Shown here one piece after another: positions 1 through 10,674 of a stretch of DNA of 64,000 bases. A model generated the notes under the pieces. The model worked only from the letters and a program-made list of their open reading frames with translations, was not told the DNA's origin and did no database searches. The position numbers and the translations under genes were made by a program. Location of the stretch: NCBI GenBank assembly GCA_963744995.1, contig CAVUWA010000002.1:512001-576000 (forward strand). Direction: 5' to 3'. This DNA comes from Candidatus Eiseniibacteriota bacterium. Its GTDB lineage: Bacteria; Eisenbacteria; RBG-16-71-46. Positions within the stretch are counted from its first letter, which is position 1. Every line of letters begins with the position of its first letter.

Positions 1-1694
1 CCGGCCGGCGCCTTGCCGTAGCGCACCAGGCGGTCGATCAGCGGGCGCGCCGGTTCGGTCACGTAGTCGGGCAGCAGCCGCCAGTTGACCGCCTGTCCGC
101 CGCCGAGCTCGTGCGCCGCGCGCACGTGGTCGATCAGCAGCGTGCGGGCCGTACGGGTGCTGCGCCACAGCACCTTCGCCCCCTCGAACATCGAGTAGCC
201 GCCGCCGCCGCCCGCGCGATAGTCGTTCATCACGACCTTCAGCCGGCGCGCCTCGTCGAGCGGTCTGCCCGCGATCGTGAGGCGCGTCACGCGCTCGCCC
301 GGTGGCTTCGTGAGGTCGAGTTCGTAGCTCACGCCGTCGGCGGCGTCGAAGTTGTAGCCCGCGAATCCGGAATCGGCGAGCGCCTGATCGGCGGCGAACG
401 TGTAGGTACGGAAATAGCGCGCCGCGTGCTCGAGCGCCGCGCGCACCTGGGCGCCGGTGAGCTCCAGCATCACCAGCCGGTTCTCGTAGGGATAGGCCCG
501 CAGCAGATCGCGCAGCGTCACCGGACCTGCGGCGATCGTGAGGTCGGGGCGGAACAGCGCCGTGAAGGATACGTCCGCGCCGCTCGCCTCGAGCTGCATG
601 CGCTGCAGCAGCTCCCACATCGGGCCGTCGGCGAGCCGTCCGTCCGGCGACCCGATCGGCCGGTCGGTGCGCGCGATCGCGCGGCCGAGCACGCGGCCAG
701 CCTCGTCCTCGTAAGGTTCGGCCAGCGCCGCGATCGCGGGATCGGCGGCGACCGAGTCGCCGACGGTGACCGCGCCGAGGGTCAATCCGGCGACGCTCCA
801 GCGGCCGCGGCTCGGGCCCGGCGCCATGGTGAAGTCGGCACGTCCCAGCACCTCGCCCGAACGACCGGCCTGGGCGACGGGCACGCCGGCGATCGAGAGC
901 GAATCGATGCGCTCGTGGGTGTGGCCGAGGATCAGCAGATCCACGCCGGGGACGTCATTGGCGAGCCGCTCGCCCCAGTTCTCGTCCGGGCGCTGCCCGG
1001 GCCGGGGCGCCGCGGCTCCGGGCGGCGTCGCGAGGCCGGTGTGGGCGAGCAGGACGACCAGATCGCAGCCCTCGCGCTGGCGCAGCCGCGCCACTTCCCG
1101 GCGCGCGGCGGCCACCGGGTCTTCGAAGCGGAGGCCCTGCCGCTGCGACGCGTCCGTCCAGGCGGCCACCGCCGGCGTGGTGAGTCCGACGACGCCCACC
1201 CTGACGCCGTTCACGACCTTGACCAGCGATGGTGCGAACGCCGGCGCGTCCTTCCCGCTCGCCTGCACGTTGGCGCTGAGCCAGGGGAACGACGCCGCCT
1301 TGCGGGCGCGGGCGATCGCCGCGAGGCCGAAGTCGAACTCGTGGTTGCCGACCGCCATGGCGTCGTAGCCGATCGCGCTCATCGCCGCCATCATCGGCTC
1401 CGGACGCGTGGACGTGCTGTCCATCCGCCACGCGTCGCCGAGCGCGTCGCCCTGCATGGCATCGCCGCCGTCGAGCAGCAGCACTTCGCCCCCGGCGCGG
1501 ATCCGCCTGACCAGCGTCGCCACGCGCGCGAGCCCGCCCGGCGCGGGGCGCTCCTCGAGCAGATCGCGGCCCACCAGCCGGCCGTGCAGATCGGTGGTGA
1601 AGAGCAGGGTGACGCGCGCCTGCTCGGCGCCGTGCGCGGCGACGGGCGGCAGCGCGAGGAGCAGCGCGACGAGGAACAGCCGGATCCGGATCAT
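1..1694 (-). CDS. Secreted bifunctional 2',3'-cyclic-nucleotide phosphodiesterase / 5'-nucleotidase family metallophosphoesterase (3' end beyond window)
   Basis: Manual translation from ATG at 1694: signal peptide MIRIRLFLVALLLAL, then TTDLHG, LLLDGGD, GNHEFDFG and GHTH metallophosphoesterase motifs, and the YPYEN motif of the 5'-nucleotidase C-domain; no stop seen before base 1. Confidence 0.85.
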   Translation of the reverse strand, partial: MIRIRLFLVALLLALPPVAAHGAEQARVTLLFTTDLHGRLVGRDLLEERPAPGGLARVATLVRRIRAGGEVLLLDGGDAMQGDALGDAWRMDSTSTRPEPMMAAMSAIGYDAMAVGNHEFDFGLAAIARARKAASFPWLSANVQASGKDAPAFAPSLVKVVNGVRVGVVGLTTPAVAAWTDASQRQGLRFEDPVAAARREVARLRQREGCDLVVLLAHTGLATPPGAAAPRPGQRPDENWGERLANDVPGVDLLILGHTHERIDSLSIAGVPVAQAGRSGEVLGRADFTMAPGPSRGRWSVAGLTLGAVTVGDSVAADPAIAALAEPYEDEAGRVLGRAIARTDRPIGSPDGRLADGPMWELLQRMQLEASGADVSFTALFRPDLTIAAGPVTLRDLLRAYPYENRLVMLELTGAQVRAALEHAARYFRTYTFAADQALADSGFAGYNFDAADGVSYELDLTKPPGERVTRLTIAGRPLDEARRLKVVMNDYRAGGGGGYSMFEGAKVLWRSTRTARTLLIDHVRAAHELGGGQAVNWRLLPDYVTEPARPLIDRLVRYGKAPA

Positions 1695-1884
1695 GGAAGA
1701 CGATGACGCTAGCTCGATCCGTTCACGCATCGCAAGAGCGGAATGCCGCACGCGGCCGCTCCGGGCCCCGGCAGGGTCCGGGTGCGGAGGCTTCACGACC
1801 TGCTGACATCGTGCGCCGGCGCCCCGCCTGCCGCCCGTGGCCCGCAGGTTGCCGCGCGCGCGGAGCTCTCCCTATAGTGCCGCC

Positions 1885-2706
1885 ATGTCCGACGACGCTC
1901 AGACCTCACGCACCTGCCCCGATTGCGGGCACGAGAATCCCGCCGACGCCACGAGCTGCGAGAGCTGCAACTTCCCGCTCGAAGGCGCGCCCGCCGCCGC
2001 GCCGGCCGCGCCCGCCGCGCCCGCCGCGAAGGCCGCGCCCGCCGCGAAGGCGCAGAAGACGAAGGGGAAGCGACCGCCCGCAAAGAAGATCGAGCCGCCC
2101 CCCCGGCTCAGGCGCGCGCGCGAGCGCCGCGCGGTCGGCGATCCCTCGCTCACGCTGTGGCTGGTGGTGGGCGTGCTCGGCGCGATCGTTCTGCTCTACA
2201 TGGCGGTGCAGGGATTCCACAAGAACAACTTCCCGCAGGTGGAGGGGGCCCAGCCCGAGCAGCAGGCCCAGGCCGATCAGCTGCGGGCGATGATCGAGAA
2301 CGATTCGACCAACGTCGCAGCGCGCATCGGCCTCGCCAACCTCCTTTACGACACCGGCAACTGGCCGGAGGCGATCGTCCAGTACCGGGCCGCCCTGCGC
2401 ATGGATTCGACCCGCGTCGAGGCGCTGGTCGATCTCGGCGTCTGCTACTACAACCTCGGCTTCACGGACGAAGCCGCGCACCACTTCCAGCTCGCCCTGT
2501 CCAAGGATCCGCAGCAGACGGTCGCGCTGTTCAACATGGGCATCATCAGCGAGCATCGCGAAGATCCCGCCGCGGCGCTGCAGTTCTACCATCGTGCGCT
2601 GCAGACCAACCCGCCCGAGAACATGAAGCAGCCGATCGTGGAAGCGATCGCGCGCGCGCAGAAGGCGGCGGGCGCCGCGGCGCCCCCGCTGCCCGAAGGC
2701 GGCTGA
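1885..2706 (+). CDS. Zinc-ribbon / single-TM / TPR protein
   Basis: CPDC...CESC ribbon, Ala/Pro/Lys linker, hydrophobic helix, 3-4 TPR repeats. Confidence 0.8.
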   Translation: MSDDAQTSRTCPDCGHENPADATSCESCNFPLEGAPAAAPAAPAAPAAKAAPAAKAQKTKGKRPPAKKIEPPPRLRRARERRAVGDPSLTLWLVVGVLGAIVLLYMAVQGFHKNNFPQVEGAQPEQQAQADQLRAMIENDSTNVAARIGLANLLYDTGNWPEAIVQYRAALRMDSTRVEALVDLGVCYYNLGFTDEAAHHFQLALSKDPQQTVALFNMGIISEHREDPAAALQFYHRALQTNPPENMKQPIVEAIARAQKAAGAAAPPLPEGG

Positions 2707-2733
2707 TCGGGGGCCGCGCCGCACGCGGCCGGC

Positions 2734-3399
2734 TCATGGCGAGGGAAACAGCCCCATGCGCGCGAGCGCTGCGCGTGTCGCGGGGGCTCCGACGGCGCCG
2801 GATGCGGCGCGGCGGCCGATCCAGCGGGCGAGGTCGGCGGGCGTGTCGATGTCGTCGAGCGTGCCGAGCCGGACGATGCCGACGCCGGCCTCTTCGGCCC
2901 GCGCGAGGGTCTGATCGAGTACGACGGGCGTACTCCAGTCGATGCCGTGGAACAGTGCCGGCGCCGGCCGCCGCAGGCCGATGAGGTAGTAGCCGCCGTC
3001 GCTCGAGGGCCCGAGCACCGCGTCCGCATGGCCCAGCGCGGCAAACGCTTCGCTGATTCTGGCCGCGTGGAGGTCCGGACAGTCGGCGCCCACGATCACC
3101 GCGGTCGCGTCCGGGCGATCGAGCAGACGCTCGAACGCCTCCGTGAGGCGCGCGCCGAGGTCGCCCTGCGCCTGCGCCCGCTCGGCGACGCCGCCCGGGA
3201 GCTCGAACGGCACGGTGCCCTGCTCCTCGGCCCAGAACACGATGCGCTCCTCGGCCGAGGCCCCCACCACCGCGGTGAGCGTGTCTTCCAGCATGCCGGC
3301 GTAGAGGGCGAGCGCCTCCGGCGGCGGCAGCGCGGGCGACAGCCGGGTCTTGACCCGCCCCTCCACGGGTGGCCGCGCGAATACGGCAAGTCGTCGCAT
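2734..3399 (-). CDS. DUF2064 / TIGR04282-type glycosyltransferase-like protein
   Basis: FARPP-GRVKTRL, QGDLGARL, GADCP, GPSSDGGYYLIG, DDIDT motifs. Confidence 0.85.
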   Translation of the reverse strand: MRRLAVFARPPVEGRVKTRLSPALPPPEALALYAGMLEDTLTAVVGASAEERIVFWAEEQGTVPFELPGGVAERAQAQGDLGARLTEAFERLLDRPDATAVIVGADCPDLHAARISEAFAALGHADAVLGPSSDGGYYLIGLRRPAPALFHGIDWSTPVVLDQTLARAEEAGVGIVRLGTLDDIDTPADLARWIGRRAASGAVGAPATRAALARMGLFPSP

Positions 3400-3735
3400 G
3401 TCCTGAACCTACACCCGGGGGTGGGCCGCGTGCAGGATACGGGCGCGGCGGGGGCGGCTTCGGCACGGGTGACCTTCCCTGCGAGTGCGGCCTGCACCGG
3501 ACCCGGCCGCCGGGCGTCCCTGATGCGCGTCGTGAGGTGTCCCATGGGCGGACCCTTTCGCGTTGCAGTCATGGGAGGACACGATCGTGCTGCGGCCGGA
3601 GCGCGCGGCCGCGGCCGCGGGCTTGCGGTGCGGGAACGCCTGCGGCTAGATTGGTGCGTTCTGACATCTCTCTGACGATCGCGCGCCATGCCGGTCCGGA
3701 GTCTCTTCCGCACCTCTGCCGGGGCCCAATCTCCA

Positions 3736-5160
3736 ATGTCCGATTCCCAGCATTTCCAGCTCATCGTCGTCGGCACCGGCCCCGGCGGCTACGTCTGTGC
3801 CATCCGCGCCGCTCAGCTCGGCCTCCGCACCGCCGTGGTCGAGAAGGACGAGCTGGGCGGCACCTGCCTCAACTGGGGCTGTATTCCGACCAAGGCCTGG
3901 ATCGTCACCGCGCACCTCTACCAGCAGATCCGGCGCGCGAAGGAGTTCGGCATCGACGTGGCCGAGCCGAAGATCAACTGGGGCCAGCTCGTCGCGCGCA
4001 AGAACAAAGTCGTGAAGCAGCTGACCGGCGGCGTCGGTTCGCTGCTCAAAGGCCGCAAGGTCGAGATCTTCCGCGGGGCGGCGAAGCTCACCGCCGCGAA
4101 CCGCATGGTGGTCGAGGGGGAAGGCGGCGCGAAGCAGGAGATCACCGCCGACCACGTGATCCTCGCGACCGGCGCGCAGGCGTCGATCCCGCCCGGCTTT
4201 ACGCTCGACGGCGAGCGCGTGATCACGAGCAAGGAGGCGCTGGACCTCAAGAAGCAGCCGAAGCGTGTCGCGGTGCTCGGCGGCGGCGTGGTCGGCTCCG
4301 AGTTCGCGGGCTTCTTCGCCGCGATCGGCTCCGAGGTCACGCTGATCGAGATGCTGCCGCGGCTGGTGCCCGCGGAGGACGACGAAATCGCCGACGCGCT
4401 GGTCCGCGAGCTGAAGAAGCAGAAGATCTCGCTGCACCTGGACACCAGGGTCGAGGCCATGAAGGACGGCCCGGGCGAGGCGATCACGCTCACGCTCTCG
4501 GGCGGCAAGACCGTCGAGGCGGACTGCGTTCTGATCGCCACCGGCCGGCGGCCCTATTCCGCGGATCTCGGCCTCGATACGCTCGGGGTGGCCGTGGCCG
4601 ACCGTGGCAAGATCGTCGTCAACGACCGGCTCGAGACCAGCGTGAAGAACGTCTACGCGATCGGAGACGTCACCGACATCAAGCAGCTCGCCCACTTCGC
4701 CTCGGCGCAGGGCAAGGCGGCGGCCGAGATCGTCGCCGGGCACCAGGCGCAGACCAACTGGCGCGCGGTGCCGGCCGCGACCTTCACGAACCCCGAGATC
4801 GCCAGCGTCGGCCTCACCGAGCGCGAGGCGAAGGCCGAGGGCCGCGAGGTCAAGGTGGGACGCTTCCCGTTTCGGGCGCACGGCCGCAACATCGCCGAGA
4901 GCGAAATCGCCGGATTCGTGAAGCTGGTCGGCGACGCCGGCACCGATCAGGTGCTGGGCGCGCACATCATCGGCGTGCGGGCCAGCGAGCTGATCCACGA
5001 GTGCTCGCTGGCGATCGCAGCGGACCTCGACATGCACGACCTCGCGCAGGCCATCCACGCCCACCCGACGCTCACCGAGGCGCTGGGCGAGGCAGCCGAA
5101 GATGCCGAGGGACTCGCCATCCATCTGATGCGGCAGGAAGTCAGGGCCGTGGCCCGCTGA
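3736..5160 (+). CDS. lpdA: Dihydrolipoyl dehydrogenase (E3)
   Basis: GTGPGG FAD motif, redox disulfide GGTCLNWGCIP, C-terminal HAHPTLTE. Confidence 0.95.
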   Translation: MSDSQHFQLIVVGTGPGGYVCAIRAAQLGLRTAVVEKDELGGTCLNWGCIPTKAWIVTAHLYQQIRRAKEFGIDVAEPKINWGQLVARKNKVVKQLTGGVGSLLKGRKVEIFRGAAKLTAANRMVVEGEGGAKQEITADHVILATGAQASIPPGFTLDGERVITSKEALDLKKQPKRVAVLGGGVVGSEFAGFFAAIGSEVTLIEMLPRLVPAEDDEIADALVRELKKQKISLHLDTRVEAMKDGPGEAITLTLSGGKTVEADCVLIATGRRPYSADLGLDTLGVAVADRGKIVVNDRLETSVKNVYAIGDVTDIKQLAHFASAQGKAAAEIVAGHQAQTNWRAVPAATFTNPEIASVGLTEREAKAEGREVKVGRFPFRAHGRNIAESEIAGFVKLVGDAGTDQVLGAHIIGVRASELIHECSLAIAADLDMHDLAQAIHAHPTLTEALGEAAEDAEGLAIHLMRQEVRAVAR

Positions 5161-5191
5161 TCGAAGGCCGGCCATTCCGACGGGAGATCTC

Positions 5192-5944
5192 ATGCGCCTC
5201 GTCGTCAAAGCGGCGACTGATCGTGGCCGGCGGCGCGAGCACAACGAAGACTGCCATGCCACCTGGGTTCCGGATCCGGCCTCGCCCGGCGCGCGTTTCG
5301 GCGCCCTGATGATGGTGGCGGACGGCATGGGCGGGTCGCAGGCGGGCGAGGTGGCGAGCCGCATCACCACCGACACCGTGGTGCGCGAGTACCGCAACGA
5401 GTCGTGCACGGACCCGACCGAGGCGCTGCACGACGCGATCGAGGCGGCCAACGAGGCCGTGCATCGCGAGAGCCTGGAAAAGCCCGACCGCGGCGGCATG
5501 GGCACGACCTGCACGGCCGCGGTGGTCCGCGACCGCGAGCTCTATCTGGGTCACGTCGGCGACAGCCGGGCCTACCTGCTGCACGAAGGCTCGATCCGCC
5601 AACTGACCCAGGACCATTCGCTGGTCGCGCAGCTGGTCCGCGAACAGCAGCTCACCGAGGAACAGGCGCGCATCGACCCGCGCCGCAACGTGGTGACGCG
5701 CAGCGTCGGCGTGGGCCGGGAAGTGCAGGTGGACGCGTGGCGCCATGACGCGCCGCTCGAACCCGGCGACACGATCGTTCTCTGCACCGACGGCCTGCAC
5801 GGCGTCGTCGTGAACAGCGAGATCGCGGAGTTCGCGTCCGGACCGGATCTGGACGCGGCCTGCAAGGGCCTCATCGCGCTCGCCAACGAGCGCGGCGGCC
5901 CCGACAACATCACGGTGATCATCGCGCGGCTGGAAGACGGCTGA
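5192..5944 (+). CDS. PP2C (Stp1/PrpC-like) Ser/Thr phosphatase
   Basis: NED, VADGMGG, MGTT, HVGDSRAY, LCTDGL, GGPDNIT. Confidence 0.92.
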   Translation: MRLVVKAATDRGRRREHNEDCHATWVPDPASPGARFGALMMVADGMGGSQAGEVASRITTDTVVREYRNESCTDPTEALHDAIEAANEAVHRESLEKPDRGGMGTTCTAAVVRDRELYLGHVGDSRAYLLHEGSIRQLTQDHSLVAQLVREQQLTEEQARIDPRRNVVTRSVGVGREVQVDAWRHDAPLEPGDTIVLCTDGLHGVVVNSEIAEFASGPDLDAACKGLIALANERGGPDNITVIIARLEDG

Positions 5945-6196
5945 GCGGCCCGCGGGGGTGCCGGGCACGCCGCGTGGCGCCGGGCGCCCCGGCACGATCG
6001 CCGCGACGCCGTACCGTTTCGCTTCCCGAGGGAGGGCCCGACGTCATGCCGTTCGCCCGCCTGCGACCGTCCGCCGGCGCCGTGGCACTCCCTGGCCGCG
6101 GCGTTCCCGCGGGCCCCACCACGGTCGCTCGGCCCTGCAGGCCGCACATCCGGTCGCCGCAGTGATGCGCCGCGTCGCGGCCGGCGTGCGCCGCAC

Positions 6197-6538
6197 ATGA
6201 ACGCAGGCGAGGCCACGGGTGGCGGGCGCCGCCGGCGACCGCCGTTTGCGGGGGTGGTGCTGATCGCGCTCGGCGCGCTGTTCCTCGCCGGGACCCTCGG
6301 CGCGCTCGACGTGGGCGCGCTGATCCGCCGCTGGTGGCCGGCGGTGCTGGTGCTCGTGGGCCTGGAGCGCCTGCTGCTCGAGCCCTCCCATCGCAGCGGC
6401 GGGATCACGCTGATCGCGATCGGCGCGGGGCTGCTGGCGTTCTCGCTCGGCGGCCTGCCGTGGGAGTGGATCGGCCGCCTGTGGCCGCTCGCGCTGATCG
6501 GGGTCGGACTCTGGATCGTGTTTCGCCCCCGGCGTTGA
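6197..6538 (+). CDS. Small membrane protein, DUF5668/LiaF-TM-like
   Basis: Two repeats of GxxLIAxG..F...WP.LI.G membrane hairpins. Confidence 0.75.
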   Translation: MNAGEATGGGRRRRPPFAGVVLIALGALFLAGTLGALDVGALIRRWWPAVLVLVGLERLLLEPSHRSGGITLIAIGAGLLAFSLGGLPWEWIGRLWPLALIGVGLWIVFRPRR

Positions 6539-6651
6539 GGGCGCCCGGCGCGAGGGTGCGTTTCGCCGGCGGCGCGCATGCCGCAGCGTGCCGCACGGCC
6601 GCCCGCATTCCCGGCTGGCGGCGCACGAGCGGATCGGGCTAGATTGCCCGC

Positions 6652-7074
6652 ATGTCCGCCGCCGTCGTCGCCCTGTTCCTCGGCAAAGCCAGCCGCGCGC
6701 CGCTCGCGCGCGTCGAGCGCGCCCGTGCGCTCGCCGGCGAAGGACTCGAAGGCGATCGCCACGCACGGGCCGGCAACCGCCGCTCGGTGCTGCTCATGCG
6801 CCTGGAGGATCTCGACGCCTTCGGCCTCGCGCCGGGCGACGTGCGCGAGCAGATCGTGGTGAAGGACCTCGATCTCTACGGCATCGCCGAGGGCACGCGC
6901 CTGAGACTCGGCGACGCGCTGTTCGAAGTGGGCGGTCCGTGCGCGCCGTGTGCGCGCATGGACGAGCTCCAGCCCGGGCTCAGACAGCGGATCGACGGAC
7001 GTCGCGGCCGCTTCGCGCGCGTGATCGAGCCGGGCGAGGTCGCCGTCGGGCAGCCGGCCACGGTCGAACCCTGA
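6652..7074 (+). CDS. MOSC domain protein
   Basis: GLEGDRH, RLRLGDALFEV, PCAPCARM, GEVAVG. Confidence 0.85.
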   Translation: MSAAVVALFLGKASRAPLARVERARALAGEGLEGDRHARAGNRRSVLLMRLEDLDAFGLAPGDVREQIVVKDLDLYGIAEGTRLRLGDALFEVGGPCAPCARMDELQPGLRQRIDGRRGRFARVIEPGEVAVGQPATVEP

Positions 7075-7097
7075 CCTGACCCTGCCGGCGCGGGGGA

Positions 7098-8432
7098 ATG
7101 AACCTGCAGCGCACCATTCTCGGCACGATCGTGTTCGCGGCCCTGGCGGTGATCACCGCGGCGGCCCTGTCGCTGTTCAGCTACGTCACCGTGCGCTCGG
7201 CGCTCTCGAACGAGTTCGACCGCCGGCTCGAGAACGTGGCGTCGGCGATCGCTTCACAGGTGAGCCCGGATGACGTCGCCGACGCGGCGCTGCTCGGCGA
7301 GGACGGCACCGGCTACGCGAACCTGCTGGTGCTGGTCGAGGAGCTGCGCGCGACGACCCGCGTCGCGCACGCATCCGTGCTCGACCGCAACCGGCTGACG
7401 CTCTACGACGATCGCGGCCCCGAGTTCCTGCGCGAGCCGGGCCGTCTCGACTCGCTGGCGCGCGGCGCGATCGACGACGCCCTGGCGGGCGAAGCCGGCA
7501 TCGCCGGCCCGTTCCGCGCCGACGGCGAGGTGCACCATGCGGCCTTCGCGCCGGTCCGCGGCGGCGGCGGCGTGATCGCGGTGGTGGCGGTCGAGGCGGC
7601 GGTGGACTACCTTTCGAGGCTCGCGGGGCTCCGGCGCACGCTGCTGCTGACGACGATCGTGATCGCGCTCGCGATCAGCGCGTTCGCGTTCCTGTTCGTG
7701 CGCGGGACGCTCGCATCGGCGCATCTCGAGCGCCGGCTGTCGCGGGCCGAGAACCTGGCGGCGATGGGCCGGCTCACCGCGACGCTCGCACACGAGATCA
7801 AGAACCCGCTGGCGATCATCCGTGGATCGGCGCAGCGGCTCGGCAAACTGGAACCGGAGGCGGCGCGCATGGCGGCGTTCGTGGTCGAGGAATCGGACCG
7901 GCTGTCGAAGACCGTGGCCCGCTACCTGCGCTTCGCGCAGGAGGCGGAGTCCGCCGCGGCCGCCGGGCCGCGGGCCGGCGGCGCGAGCGGCGACATGCGC
8001 GGCATGCTGGAGCGCACGCTCGACCTGCTCGAAGGCGAGCTCGCCTCGCGCAGGGTGACGCTCGAGCGCGAGCTGCCCGGCGCGGCGCGCGCGCCGGTGC
8101 CGCTCGACGACGAATCCCTGAAGCAGGTGTTCCTGAACCTCATGCTCAACGCCCTCGAGGCGATGCCGGAGGGCGGCACCCTCGGCGTGACGCTCGCCGA
8201 GTCGGGCGGTCGCTGGCGCGCCGCGATCTCCGACACCGGGCCGGGCATCGATCCCGAGGCCGTGCGCCGGCTCGGCAGCCCGTTCTTCACCACCAAGGCG
8301 CAGGGCTCGGGACTCGGTCTGTTCCTGACCCGCCGGCTGCTGGCATCGGCGGGCGGCGAGCTCGCGATCGAGAGCCGCCCGGGTGCGGGCACGACCTGCA
8401 TCGTCTCGCTGCCCGCACGGAAGGGCGGCTGA
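7098..8432 (+). CDS. Membrane sensor histidine kinase (NtrB-like)
   Basis: Two TM helices, H-box LAHEIKNPL, N-box NLMLNA, DTGPG, FFTTK, GSGLGL. Confidence 0.92.
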   Translation: MNLQRTILGTIVFAALAVITAAALSLFSYVTVRSALSNEFDRRLENVASAIASQVSPDDVADAALLGEDGTGYANLLVLVEELRATTRVAHASVLDRNRLTLYDDRGPEFLREPGRLDSLARGAIDDALAGEAGIAGPFRADGEVHHAAFAPVRGGGGVIAVVAVEAAVDYLSRLAGLRRTLLLTTIVIALAISAFAFLFVRGTLASAHLERRLSRAENLAAMGRLTATLAHEIKNPLAIIRGSAQRLGKLEPEAARMAAFVVEESDRLSKTVARYLRFAQEAESAAAAGPRAGGASGDMRGMLERTLDLLEGELASRRVTLERELPGAARAPVPLDDESLKQVFLNLMLNALEAMPEGGTLGVTLAESGGRWRAAISDTGPGIDPEAVRRLGSPFFTTKAQGSGLGLFLTRRLLASAGGELAIESRPGAGTTCIVSLPARKGG

Positions 8433-8433
8433 C

Positions 8434-9840
8434 GTGCGCGTCCTGGTCGTGGACGACGAGGTCCGCAACGCGGAGCTGACGGCACTCGAGCTCGCCGACG
8501 GCGGGCACGACACCGCGTTCGTGAACGGCGGCGCCGCGGCCCTCGCGCGCATGGAAGAGAAGCCGTTCGAAGCCGTGGTGACCGACCTGCGCATGGCGCC
8601 GCCCGACGGTCTCCAGCTGCTGGCCGAGGTCCGCAGGCGCTGGCCGGAGACCACCGTCGTGCTGATGACCGCCTACGCGAGCATGGACACGGCGCGCCGT
8701 GCGCTGCGCGAGGGCGCGTACGACTACGTGGACAAGGAGGGCGAGTTCCGCGAAGAGTTGAAGACGATCCTCGACAAGGCGGCGCGCGAGCGGCAGCTGG
8801 TGGGGGAGAACGCGCGGCTCTCGGGGACGGTCGAACGCCTGAAGCAGGGCGTGGCCGAGGTGATCGGCGAGTCGGCGGCGGTGCGTGCCGCGCTCGATCT
8901 GGCCCGCAAGGTGGCGGTGACCGACTCGACGGTGCTGCTGCGCGGCGAGAGCGGCACCGGCAAGGACCTGTTCGCGCGCGCGATCCACTTCGCCAGCCGC
9001 CGCGCGAACGGGCCCTGGGTCAAGGTCAACTGCGGCGCGATCGCCGAGGCGCTGCTCGAAAGCGAGCTGTTCGGCCACGAAAAGGGCGCGTTCACCGGCG
9101 CCGTGCGGCAGAAGCCCGGACGCTTCGAGGACGCGAGCGGCGGCACGATCTTCCTCGACGAGATCGGCGAGCTGCCGATGCCGCTGCAGGTCAAGCTGCT
9201 GCAGGTGATCGAGGAGAAGACCTTCCACCGCGTGGGCGGCAACCAGCCGATCACGGTGGACGTGCGCATCCTGGCCGCTACGAACCGTGATCTCGAAGAG
9301 ATGGTGCGCGAGAGGGCGTTCCGCGAGGATCTGCTGTTCCGGCTCAACGTGTTTCCGATCGCGCTGCCGCCGCTGCGCGAGCGCACCGGCGACGTCGCGC
9401 GGCTCGCGGGCTGGTTCCTGCGCCGCCACGGCTCGGCCGAAGATCAGATCACGCCCGCCGCGATGGCGGCGCTCACCGCGTACGCGTGGCCGGGCAACGT
9501 CCGCGAGCTCGAGCACACGCTCGAGCGCGCGCTGATCCTCGCCGGCAGCGACCCGATCGACGTGCCGCACCTGTCGTTTTCGCGGCCCGGCCAGAAGGCC
9601 GACCGCTCGTGGGTGCCGCAGATTCCGCCGGAGGGACTGTCGCTGGAGGCGCTCGAGCGCGAGCTGATCGTGCAGGCCCTCGAGCGTGCCGGCGGCAACA
9701 AGAGTCAGGCGGCGCGGCTCCTGGGGCTCACCCGGCGCACGCTGTACTCGCGCATGGAGCGCCACGGGCTGCGGCGGCCGGGGGAGGCCGAGGACGGCGG
9801 GGACGAGACGGCGGCGGAAGCCGGGGAGGCCGCATCGTGA
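8434..9840 (+). CDS. Sigma54-dependent response regulator (REC-AAA+-Fis HTH)
   Basis: VVDDE and TDLRM receiver, [48 protein letters not shown]. Confidence 0.95.
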   Translation: MRVLVVDDEVRNAELTALELADGGHDTAFVNGGAAALARMEEKPFEAVVTDLRMAPPDGLQLLAEVRRRWPETTVVLMTAYASMDTARRALREGAYDYVDKEGEFREELKTILDKAARERQLVGENARLSGTVERLKQGVAEVIGESAAVRAALDLARKVAVTDSTVLLRGESGTGKDLFARAIHFASRRANGPWVKVNCGAIAEALLESELFGHEKGAFTGAVRQKPGRFEDASGGTIFLDEIGELPMPLQVKLLQVIEEKTFHRVGGNQPITVDVRILAATNRDLEEMVRERAFREDLLFRLNVFPIALPPLRERTGDVARLAGWFLRRHGSAEDQITPAAMAALTAYAWPGNVRELEHTLERALILAGSDPIDVPHLSFSRPGQKADRSWVPQIPPEGLSLEALERELIVQALERAGGNKSQAARLLGLTRRTLYSRMERHGLRRPGEAEDGGDETAAEAGEAAS

Positions 9841-10505
9841 ACCTGATCCGCGGCTGGCTGTTCGACAACCTGGGCATCAAGTTCGTGGCGCTGCTGCTCG
9901 CGGTGCTGATCTACCTGAACGTGTACACGGACCGCCCGGCGACGATGGTCGTGTCGTTTCCCCTGCAGATCGTGGACCTCGCCGACAGCCTGTCGCTCTC
10001 GGGCCCGGTGCCGGCCGCGATCCAGGCGGAGCTGCGCGGGACCGGCAAGGAGCTCATCCGGCTGCGCCTGCGCGAGCCGATGGTGAAGATCTCGCTGGCC
10101 GACGTGGGCGCCGGCAACTACGAGCGCACCCTGGCCACGGAGGATCTGCCGCTGGGCGGCGACAGCGGGCCCAGCGTGGAACGGCTGATCGGCCCGATGA
10201 TGCTCGACCTCGAAATCGAACGCCGCGTGACGCGCTCGCTGCCCGCCGCGGCGCGCGTCGAGGGCGCCCCGGCGGACGGCTTCACCTGGGACGGCACGGT
10301 GCACCTGGATCCGCCGCGGGTCACGGTGACCGGGCCGAGGAGCGCCGTCGCGAAGCTCGACAGCGTCGTCCTCACGACGGCGTCGATCGCCGGCGCCCGC
10401 GACACGGTGAAGGTGCTGCTGATGCCCGGTGCGCTCCCCGAATGGTGCGACCCCGACCCGGCCATGGTGCGCGTCGCCATCCCGGTGACGCCCGGCGCCC
10501 CCTGA
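9837..10505 (+). CDS. YbbR/CdaR-like membrane-anchored protein
   Basis: N-terminal DNLGIKFVALLLAVLIY typical of CdaR, P..VTVTGP YbbR-repeat motif; GTGA overlap with the upstream stop. Confidence 0.75.
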   Translation: MNLIRGWLFDNLGIKFVALLLAVLIYLNVYTDRPATMVVSFPLQIVDLADSLSLSGPVPAAIQAELRGTGKELIRLRLREPMVKISLADVGAGNYERTLATEDLPLGGDSGPSVERLIGPMMLDLEIERRVTRSLPAAARVEGAPADGFTWDGTVHLDPPRVTVTGPRSAVAKLDSVVLTTASIAGARDTVKVLLMPGALPEWCDPDPAMVRVAIPVTPGAP

Positions 10506-10543
10506 CGCGCTCCAGCTCGGCGCCCGGCCTCGGGCCAGCGGAT

Positions 10544-10663
10544 GAGGCGCTTCGAGCTCTCAGGCTCAAAGCGCCTCGTTGGAGAGAGAGAGAATGACCG
10601 GGTGAGCGATCGCGGTGGATGGCAGGCTCGGTGGTAGGACGCGACCGCTTCACCCCGGCCGAT
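10544..10663 (-). ncRNA. Candidate sigma54-dependent small RNA (two hairpins plus CU-rich linker)
   Basis: Begins about 12 nt after a consensus -24/-12 element; stems 10660-10640/10614-10596 and 10577-10564/10557-10544, with G-U wobbles favouring the minus strand. Confidence 0.55.
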
Positions 10664-10674
10664 CGCGAATGAGC

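Noticed and set aside
5990..6004. Weak sigma54-like CGGCACGATCGCCGC
   Set aside because: Lacks the leading T and the TTGC; likely chance in GC-rich DNA.
10555..10590. Glycine-riboswitch-like CTCTCAGG...GGAGAG
   Set aside because: No upstream GGAGA/CCGAAG aptamer elements; CTCTCAGG is only the loop of a simple hairpin.
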